Part shown: in pieces, positions 1-6,045 of the stretch
Layout of the letters: the number at the start of each line of letters is the position of its first letter
Position numbering within the stretch: the first letter of the stretch is position 1
Assembly (NCBI GenBank): GCA_964016885.1
Contig: CAXHJY010001694.1
Span: 1 to 14,449, forward strand
Reading direction: 5' to 3'
Length of the DNA: 14,449 nt
Source: Eledone cirrhosa
Taxonomy: Eukaryota
Translations under genes and position numbers: made by a program
Notes under the pieces: model-generated
What the model was told of the DNA's origin: nothing
Databases searched by the model: none
The model's input: only the letters and a program-made list of their open reading frames with translations

Positions 1-535
1 CACACACTCACTCCCCCACCACACACACACACCCCCCACACACACACTACACCCCACACACACACACACCCCCTCACACACACACACCCCCACACACTCA
101 CACTCCCCACTCACTCCAACACACCCCCACACACACACACACCCCCACACACACACACTCACCCCCACACTCACACACACCCACACACACACACACACCC
201 CCACACACACCACACCCCCCACACCACACAGCACACCCCCCCCCCACACTCCACACACCCCACCACACACACACCCCCCACACACACTCCCCCCCTCACT
301 ACACACCCCCCCCCACTACACAACCCCCCCCACACACTCACACCCCCCCCCCACAAACACATCCCCCCCCACACAAACACCCCCCACCCCACAAACACAC
401 CCCCACCCCCACACACACACCCCCCCCCACACTCCACCCCACCCCACACTCACACTCACACCACTCACACACACCCCCACTCACACACTCACCCCACCCC
501 CACACTAACTCACCCCCTCCCCCACACTCACACAT
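1..535. repeat. C/A-rich low-complexity tract (degenerate (CA)n with C-runs)
   Basis: Almost entirely C and A with scattered T; only one G seen (231). The minus-strand G/V/C/W-rich ORFs are artefacts of this composition. Confidence 0.9.
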
Positions 536-968
536 ATTCTTTTCCATTTATCGTTTTCGGTACGACCGTGGACTAACTCACTCGATATGCAAATTAGGCT
601 AGCCAGCCTTAATATACATAAGGAAAGTATATACTTTCAGACGTTCAACCATGTGACAGAAAGGTATACGATGCTGACGATAGCTAATAAGCTTGAAACT
701 AGTACATCGTTCCTGTGTCCCTGTTGAACAAAAAGATGATGTTTGCCTGAACACTGTACGGCGTAATTCGGGCTCTTTGTTTGTTTACAAACAAACCGAG
801 CTTTATAATAGATGCTCGGTAAACCCATACGTACATATATATATGTGTGCGTTATGTATATATATACATACTACTGTACGTATGTACACATATATGTATG
901 TACATACTTACATTTAAGTACCAGCCGTACTAAGAGTGAGAAATGAAATTCCGTTTCATTCTTTTCCA

Positions 969-970
<2 letters not shown>
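536..970 (+). mobile_element. Module A: non-coding hammerhead-bearing element (retrozyme / Penelope-like pLTR-derived), bounded by a 13-bp direct repeat
   Basis: ATTCTTTTCCATT at 536-548 and 958-970; HHR at 668-710 within an extended stem (TTCAAC 644-649 / GTTGAA 723-728); several side hairpins; flanked by the CA tract and (TA)n. Confidence 0.6.
668..710 (+). ncRNA. Type I hammerhead ribozyme, minimal (palindromic stem III)
   Basis: Stem I ACGATG(668-673)/CATCGT(705-710); core CTGACGA 674-680; stem II AGCT-AATA-AGCT (682-693) with a U.U closing pair; GAAA 695-698; stem III A-CTAG-T (palindrome ACTAGT); predicted cleavage after GUA (A704). Confidence 0.85.

Positions 971-971
<1 letters not shown>

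Positions 972-1046
<75 letters not shown>
972..1046. repeat. (TA)n microsatellite
   Basis: Perfect TA dinucleotide run. Confidence 0.98.
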
Positions 1047-1047
<1 letters not shown>

Positions 1048-1261
1048 CAGAGATGTCAACATGAATGGTTATTTTTATCTAGAGACATGTTTTCCAATTC
1101 CAACCCGACCGTCCCCTCAATCTATTTTATTTCTCTTTTTTTCTGATAAAAGACTTGCGTCCGAAACGTTAAGAATCTCTTTCTGCTATATCAGGCGTTA
1201 ACCTAATATATACCTTCCACATACTGTACCGATTGTGTTATTTCTGTTTTCCTTTTACATA

Positions 1262-1263
<2 letters not shown>
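1047..1263 (+). mobile_element. Module H1: dispersed repeat with minimal HHR (Penelope-like pLTR-type fragment)
   Basis: 1084-1233 aligns by eye to the reverse complement of 3556-3708; contains CTGATAA...CCGAAACGTTAAGA; flanked by (TA)n on both sides. Confidence 0.75.
1139..1174 (+). ncRNA. Minimal type I hammerhead ribozyme, core variant (G8->A), probably inactive
   Basis: TTTT CTGATAA(1143-1149) A AGAC-TTGC-GTCC GAAA(1163-1166) CGTT AAGA; stem III is the loopless palindrome ACGT. Confidence 0.65.

Positions 1264-1295
<32 letters not shown>
1264..1295. repeat. (TA)n microsatellite
   Basis: Perfect TA run. Confidence 0.98.
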
Positions 1296-1301
<6 letters not shown>

Positions 1302-1327
1302 TGTAATAAACAACATAAGATCATTAT

Positions 1328-1385
1328 TTCTTTTACCAGTGGTTTCTTGAAGACAGATGTGTTTGTCTTCAGTCGTCAGAATGAA
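1328..1385 (-). ncRNA. Type I hammerhead ribozyme (left arm of module B)
   Basis: Minus strand reads TTCATT CTGACGA(1379-1373) C TGAAGACA-AACACATC-TGTCTTCA A GAAA(1346-1343) CCACTGG TA AAAGAA; 8-bp stem II, stem III ACC-ACT-GGT, predicted GUA cleavage, stem I with one mismatch. Confidence 0.75.
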
Positions 1386-1435
1386 TAAATAACATGGTGT
1401 ATTTATTAAATATGGTAAAAACCCCATGCTATTTA

Positions 1436-1496
1436 TTCACTGTGACGACTGAAGACAGACATAACAGCTGCATTCAAGAAACCACTGGTAAATGAA
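1436..1496 (+). ncRNA. Hammerhead ribozyme, degenerate mirror copy (C3->G) in right arm of module B
   Basis: TTCACT GTGACGA(1442-1448) C TGAAGACAG-ACATAACAG-CTGCATTCA A GAAA(1478-1481) CCACTGG TA AATGAA. Confidence 0.6.
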
Positions 1497-1590
1497 ATAA
1501 TTATATTATGTTGTTTATTAAATAACTAATAAACTCTGTAGCCTACATAGAGCACTCTTTTTTCCTGTACCTTTCCGACGGAAATACTAC

Positions 1591-1593
<3 letters not shown>

Positions 1594-1636
<43 letters not shown>
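1594..1636. repeat. (TA)n microsatellite
   Basis: Perfect TA run. Confidence 0.98.
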
Positions 1637-1639
<3 letters not shown>

Positions 1640-1958
1640 TGTAATATAGTGTATTTGGTAATATACTGTATGCTTAATTAAAATCAGTTCCTGATTATTA
1701 CTGGAATTCTATAAGAATCGAACATGTATAATGTTCAACAAACAAAGGGAGTGCTAAGCTCTGAGGAATACCAACAGTATGAAACAGATCTGTCAGCTTA
1801 TCTGCCTTTGTTTGTTGAAAAAATAAGTAAGTGACATCGTCACTACTTTAAAACAATAGCATATGGTCTTCAATATGCTTTTAATTAAGCATACAGTGTA
1901 TTACCAAATGCACTATATATACATTCATATATACATCGCTATTTCAGAGCACCAATTC

Positions 1959-1964
<6 letters not shown>
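1637..1964 (+). mobile_element. Module C: branched rod-like non-coding element with central HHR, 47-bp terminal stem and short 3' tail
   Basis: Outer arms 1637-1683 / 1879-1926; inner stem TTCAACAAACAAAGG / CCTTTGTTTGTTGAA; side hairpins GAACAT/ATGTTC, AGTGAC/GTCACT, AGCATAT/ATATGCT; tail with AGAGCAC 1946-1952; (TA)n both sides. Confidence 0.8.
1755..1800 (+). ncRNA. Type I hammerhead ribozyme, intact consensus
   Basis: Stem I TAAGCT(1755-1760)/AGCTTA(1795-1800); core CTGAGGA 1761-1767; stem II ATAC-CAACA-GTAT; GAAA 1781-1784; stem III palindrome ACAGATCTGT; canonical GUC cleavage predicted after C1794. Confidence 0.92.

Positions 1965-2010
<46 letters not shown>
1965..2010. repeat. (TA)n microsatellite
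   Basis: Perfect TA run. Confidence 0.98.
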
Positions 2011-2015
<5 letters not shown>

Positions 2016-2154
2016 CGTAAAAATAAGAAAATCATAAAAATTAACTTACTTGAAATTTTAGTAAGTTAATTTTTATATTTCGCTTATTTTGCGTCTTTCA
2101 TATAATTGTTCTGCATCCCCTTGCATTGAACCACAACGTTACTAAGACAAAACC
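2011..2154 (+). mobile_element. Module D: short fold-back (2011-2098) plus 3' tail, no HHR core
   Basis: Perfect 17-bp inner arms ATAAAAATTAACTTACT (2034-2050)/AGTAAGTTAATTTTTAT (2060-2076); outer arms AAAGACGTAAAAATAAG / CTTATTTTGCGTCTTT; same hairpin+tail+TA layout as modules B and C. Confidence 0.55.
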
Positions 2155-2244
2155 TATATATTTGCTTGCATAGGTATACTTCTGTATATATATGTTGGTA
2201 GATATACTAATTCTTTATATATATATGTATATTTATTTACTTAT

Positions 2245-2519
2245 CAACAACAACCATTTGTTAGTCATACCCCATGTTAAATATAAGGCGCAGATGTATT
2301 CACATGCAACAATATATTTCTTATAAACACATGTAAGATGTTGTTCCTGGTGTTAATGTGTAACTCGTTAAAGAGCATATCATCATGTGTTGATTATATA
2401 TCTTCAGTTGAGTTAAACAATGACTCATGGAGGTGGATATTACATATTTATAAGAGCGTTGACGCTAGTTCGTAGCCTTACTTAACCCTAACTGTATCAA
2501 ATGTGTATAGAGCTGTTGT
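2245..2519 (-). mobile_element. Module E: decayed long fold-back with a central broken HHR-like core
   Basis: Nested inverted matches CATTTG/CAAATG, GTTAA..TAAGG/CCTTA.TTAAC, TCTTATAAA(2319-2327)/TTTATAAGA(2447-2455), TAACTC(2361-2366)/GAGTTA(2410-2415); minus-strand CTGAAGA (2407-2401) followed by a hairpin, but GAAA is missing. Confidence 0.4.
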
Positions 2520-2542
2520 CTTTCTCTATAACAGGGGTGTGG

Positions 2543-3103
2543 AACATATTCCATTGGCGGGCCACTTTTGAACATTGGAACAAATTTTAGAGCCATTAAT
2601 ATTTATTAAGCACTATTCCAAAGATTCACCACAACTTCTTACCGTAACCTGGAGCTGGGAAATTATAACACATATAACCTTATCAGTGGTTGCGGACTGG
2701 CCAGGTTGCCCAATCGCTAGTGCGCCCCTGGGGGCCAACGGTAGCATTGCAGGGGCCTGCAGTAGCATTGCAGTGCCAGATGTAGTATTTTAGGGGCTAA
2801 TGCTTAGCTTTAAACATATTCCATTGGCGGGCCACTTTTGAACATTGGAACAAATTTTAGAGCCATTAATATTTATTAAGCACTATTCCAAAGATTCACC
2901 CCAACTTCTTACCGTAACCTGGAGCTGGGAAATTATAACACATATAACCTTAACAGTGGTGGCGGACTAGCCAGGTTGCCCAATCGCTAGTGGACCCCCA
3001 GAGCCCCACGGTGGCATTGCAGGGGCCTGCAGTGGCATTGCAGGGGCCTGCAGTAGCATTGCAGTGTCCAATGTAGTATTTTAGGGACCAATGCTTAGCT
3101 TTA
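2543..3103. repeat. Tandem duplication of a 270-bp unit inside the hAT left end, with an internal 21-bp minisatellite
   Basis: CCATTGGCGGGCCAC at 2551 and 2821 (offset 270); the second copy has one extra GTGGCATTGCAGGGGCCTGCA unit (offset becomes 291). Confidence 0.92.
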
Positions 3104-3444
3104 AAAAAATACATGATGTCTAAGAGGAAGAATAAGTTTAAAAGAAAATAAATAAGACAATTAAGCAAAGCTTTTGGTTAACCAATTCCCCAGGGAGTTA
3201 CTAGAAACCAAAATATACGATAGTGCAAATAGCTGGAATCACTGGTTGTACATTCTAATAAATCTAAAGCTTAGTGTATTCATTCATGCATACAAACATG
3301 TATAGACACAAACGCAAGCATATTTTTATATATATATATTTATTTAAATACTTACATATACAGACGAACTGTTTGGTATCAATGGGTTAAAGATATCTGC
3401 CAAATGAATTAGTGGAGAAGGTGGTGTATATATATAAATATATA

Positions 3445-3446
<2 letters not shown>

Positions 3447-3480
<34 letters not shown>

Positions 3481-3547
3481 GCGTGTGCGTGTGCGTGTGC
3501 GTGCGTGTGCGTGTGCGTGTGCGTGTGCGTGTGCGTGTGTGTGTGTG
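3447..3547. repeat. Compound (TG)n/(TGCGTG)n microsatellite
   Basis: Direct reading; alternating purine-pyrimidine. Confidence 0.95.
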
Positions 3548-3759
3548 AAAAAGGTATCGGTACAGTATATGGAAGGGATATATTATGTTAACGCTTTATA
3601 TGACAGAAAGAGCGTCTTAACGTTTCGGGCGCTAGTCCTTCACCAGAAGAAAGAATCAGAAATAAGATAGATTGAGGGGACGGGTGGGGTGGAATTGGAA
3701 AAAATGTCATATATATTGAGTGAGTGTAAAAGACCAAATGTCATCATTGAAAGTTTCTG
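3548..3759 (-). mobile_element. Module H2: second copy of the H1 HHR family, nested in the hAT element
   Basis: Reverse complement of 3556-3708 matches 1084-1233; weaker similarity out to ~3759; the 3' end abuts the (CA)n/(CACGCA)n tract on its own strand. Confidence 0.75.
3615..3650 (-). ncRNA. Minimal type I hammerhead ribozyme, core variant (A6->G)
   Basis: Minus strand TCTT CTGGTGA(3646-3640) A GGAC-TAGC-GCCC GAAAC GTT AAGA; stem I TCTT/AAGA perfect. Confidence 0.7.
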
Positions 3760-4314
3760 GATTTCGCAAAATACCTTCTCCAATAAAAAATATTATGTAA
3801 GATATTTTTCTGCAAAAACTTGATTGCACTGTTTTGTTACCACTTATAGAATGCTATCATTTAAATTTTATAATGAATAAATAACATTTTAAAAAATACA
3901 TATGTAGATGGGCCGCCTTCATCTCCTGGCAACCAATATCTTTAGACCCAGCCCGCCACTGCCTTTTAGTGAAACCCTTTAGCATAGTTCAACTAAACGA
4001 AAAGTGTATCACGGTTACGAAAAAAATTCTAAATAAGCTTACAAGGTATGAAGTAAAAATGGTCATTGCAGTTACTCTGACGGGCCTGGTTGGCCGTATC
4101 GTGGCCCGCAGGCTTCCTGTTGCACACCCCTGCTCTATAACCTATGCCCCTGGCTAAGAGTAAGGAAAGAAACGATCAGCATACCAGAACTCATTTGCTT
4201 ACTGATTTGGGTAGAACTCGTGAAATCAGAACAAAGAAACAATGTTTGCAGTGGTCTTTCAATTGTTGATAGTATCTACCTGTTGCAATATCTGGCAGAT
4301 AGCACCAAGTAAGC

Positions 4315-4405
4315 AAAATTGTTATGCTCAAGAACACAACACATCTTCCGGGTCGGAAATCGAACTCGCTATCTTACGATTGTGAATGCAATTCTCTAAC
4401 CACTA
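4315..4405 (-). mobile_element. tRNA-derived SINE (family 2), degenerate 5' part
   Basis: Minus strand has B-box-like GAGTTCGATTTCC followed by TGTGTTCTTGAGCA; homologous to 4740-4845. Confidence 0.65.
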
Positions 4406-4509
4406 ATACACAGTTATAAAGAATAAAGAGCTGAAACATATTTAAACAAATGAATCTTCTGTAGAAATGCCACAAGCCTGAATGTATTGGTAATTATAAA
4501 TTTACGTGA

Positions 4510-4720
4510 GGGCGGTGGATTGCCAGTATCGTTAGACAGTTGCACTCTGTGCTTTGCAGCATAGAGTTACGCCTCTTTATGGTCCGAGTTCAAATCCCAC
4601 CGAGGTTAACTTTGCCTTTTATTCTTACGGGGTCGATAAAATAAAGCGCCATAATGTACTGGGGTCGATTTAATCGACTCACCCCTAAAAAAATTACTGG
4701 CCTTGTGCCTATACTAGAAA
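4510..4720 (+). mobile_element. tRNA-derived SINE (family 1), near full length
   Basis: GGCGGTGGATTG head, B-box GAGTTCAAATCCC (4586-4598), body GAGGTTAACTTTGCCTTT..TCTTACGGGGTCGATAAAATAAA, tail GGCCTTGTGCC; several copies in the window. Confidence 0.85.
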
Positions 4721-4739
4721 TCGATACTATAAACTTACG

Positions 4740-4845
4740 TGAAATAAAATGTCTTGCTGAAGGACACAGCGCATCACCCGGTCCCTGAATCGAACTCGCA
4801 ACCTCACGATTGCGAATCCAATTCTCTATCCACCAAGCCACGCCT
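4740..4845 (-). mobile_element. tRNA-derived SINE (family 2), 5' part
   Basis: Minus strand A-box TGGCTTGGTGG, B-box GAGTTCGATTC, then TGTGTCCTTCAGCAAGACATTTTATTTCA (CORE/V-like central motif). Confidence 0.75.
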
Positions 4846-4955
4846 ATAAAGCGCTCACACGTACAGGGAACATATTTAGACATCTAAATATATCTGTAAA
4901 ACTACCACAAGCATGAATGCATTCGTGATGATAAACAAAGTTAATTATATATGTA

Positions 4956-5140
4956 GGGCGGTGGATTGGCAGTATCGGTATAGGGTCGGACGCCATGCTT
5001 TGATGCATAGTTATGGTCCTTGCCATCCCTTGTTCAAATCCCGCCGAGGTTAACTTTGCCTTTCATCCTTACGGTGTCGATAAAATAAAATACCAGTAAT
5101 ACACTGGTGATTGCTTGCCTTGTGCCAAAATTAGGAACAA
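4956..5140 (+). mobile_element. tRNA-derived SINE (family 1)
   Basis: Homologous to 4510-4720: GTTCAAATCCCGCCGAGGTTAACTTTGCCTTTCATCCTTACGGTGTCGATAAAATAAAATACCAG...GCCTTGTGCC. Confidence 0.85.
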
Positions 5141-5721
5141 TTATTTATTCAAAGTAATCCAACTTATTTTACTAACGGGATAAAAAAAACAAAAAAACCG
5201 TACACCGTCCCGTACTCCTTCCTTTATTATAGTTTAGATTTTTAAAATATGGCTTTTATATCATCATCATTTCTAGTGGTTATTGATATGTTCTTAAATT
5301 TATCTCTGAATTATCTACGAAATCTTAATACACTTTTTCTGATAACTTCACCAGGATAGTTACTACTTCATCATTATTTAGTGTCTATATATACAGAATC
5401 TAAATATATTCTCTTTATGTAGTCTTACAAACATATATTTATCGATAACGGAATCTTGCCTTTAATCTCATTCGTAAACCTAACACATAATATATATTTT
5501 CAAATCCGAAAATCATGCATATGTAAAGTAGATTCTTTAAGTATTAAACATATATAAATACATCTTTGAATAGAGATTGTAAGCGTCTTAAGTCTATATA
5601 TAATAAATAAGCCTGTTCTATTTTAACAAACATAATACTGTTATACGTATATTTATCTAAAGAGGGATATTGTGGTCGATATTTTGTGTGTGTGTTTATA
5701 TATGTATGGGTGTAGGCATAT

Positions 5722-5768
5722 GGGTTCAAGTCTCGCCGAGGGTAGCTTTGCATTTTATCCTTACTGTA
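5722..5768 (+). mobile_element. SINE family 1 fragment (B-box and start of body)
   Basis: GGTTCAAGTCTCGCCGAGGGTAGCTTTGCATTTTATCCTTAC resembles the B-box/body of the other copies. Confidence 0.55.
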
Positions 5769-5870
5769 GACCTGACAACCTTTAAAAACCCAACAGGTGA
5801 GTACAACGAAGAGAGTGCAACAACACTTAGAAAAATCAGGCAAAATAAAGGGATTTTAATACCTGTTTCT

Positions 5871-6045
5871 CCTTTTGGCACAAGGCCAGCAATTACTCAC
5901 TGCATTACTGGTACTTTATTTTATCGACCCCATAAGGATGAAAGGGAAAGTTAACCTCGGCGGGATTCGAATTCAGAATGGCAAGGGCCGTAACTCTATA
6001 CGTCATAGCATAGCGTCCGACCCTCTACCGATACTGCCAATCCAC
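5871..6045 (-). mobile_element. tRNA-derived SINE (family 1), reverse orientation
   Basis: Reverse complement GTGGATTGGCAGTATCGGTAGAGGGTCGGACGCTATGC...TTCGAATCCCGCCGAGGTTAACTTTCCCTTTCATCCTTATGGGGTCGATAAAATAAAGTACCAG...GGCCTTGTGCC. Confidence 0.85.

Larger units (their letters stand above)
1296..1593 (+). mobile_element. Module B: ~230-bp fold-back (inverted repeat 1296-1528) with an HHR in each arm, plus a ~65-bp 3' tail
   Basis: Arms TAGTTATGTAATAAACAACATAA... / ...TTATGTTGTTTATTAAATAACTA, centre at ~1409-1412; tail contains AGAGCAC (1549-1555) and hairpin TTTCCG-A-CGGAAA; (TA)n on both sides. Confidence 0.75.
2532..4132. mobile_element. Non-autonomous hAT-superfamily DNA transposon (Charlie-like ends), 1601 bp
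   Basis: TIRs CAGGGGTGTGGAAC (2532-2545) / GTTGCACACCCCTG (4119-4132), 13/14 match; subterminal GCGGGCCAC / GTGGCCCGC; perfect 8-bp TSD CTCTATAA at 2524-2531 and 4133-4140; no transposase ORF. Confidence 0.92.

Noticed and set aside
98-547. G/V/C/W-rich minus-strand ORFs
   Set aside because: Translations of the C/A low-complexity tract.
1045-1100. Frame reading N-R-D-V-N-M as a remnant of a Penelope GIY-YIG C-terminus
   Set aside because: Too short, and not conserved in the second copy at 3710-3759.
972-2010. CRISPR-like repeat/spacer appearance of (TA)n separated by unique segments
   Set aside because: Repeats are variable-length microsatellites, 'spacers' are 200-330 bp structured elements, eukaryotic context, no cas genes.
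2950-3168. ORF with NATAGPC repeats
   Set aside because: Reflects the 21-bp minisatellite in the hAT subterminal region; no coding evidence.
4740-4845. Possible tRNA gene (A and B boxes)
   Set aside because: No complete cloverleaf; continues into SINE body and has a degenerate paralogue at 4315-4405.
5338-5365. CTGATAA as another hammerhead core
   Set aside because: No GAAA, stem III or stem I partner downstream.
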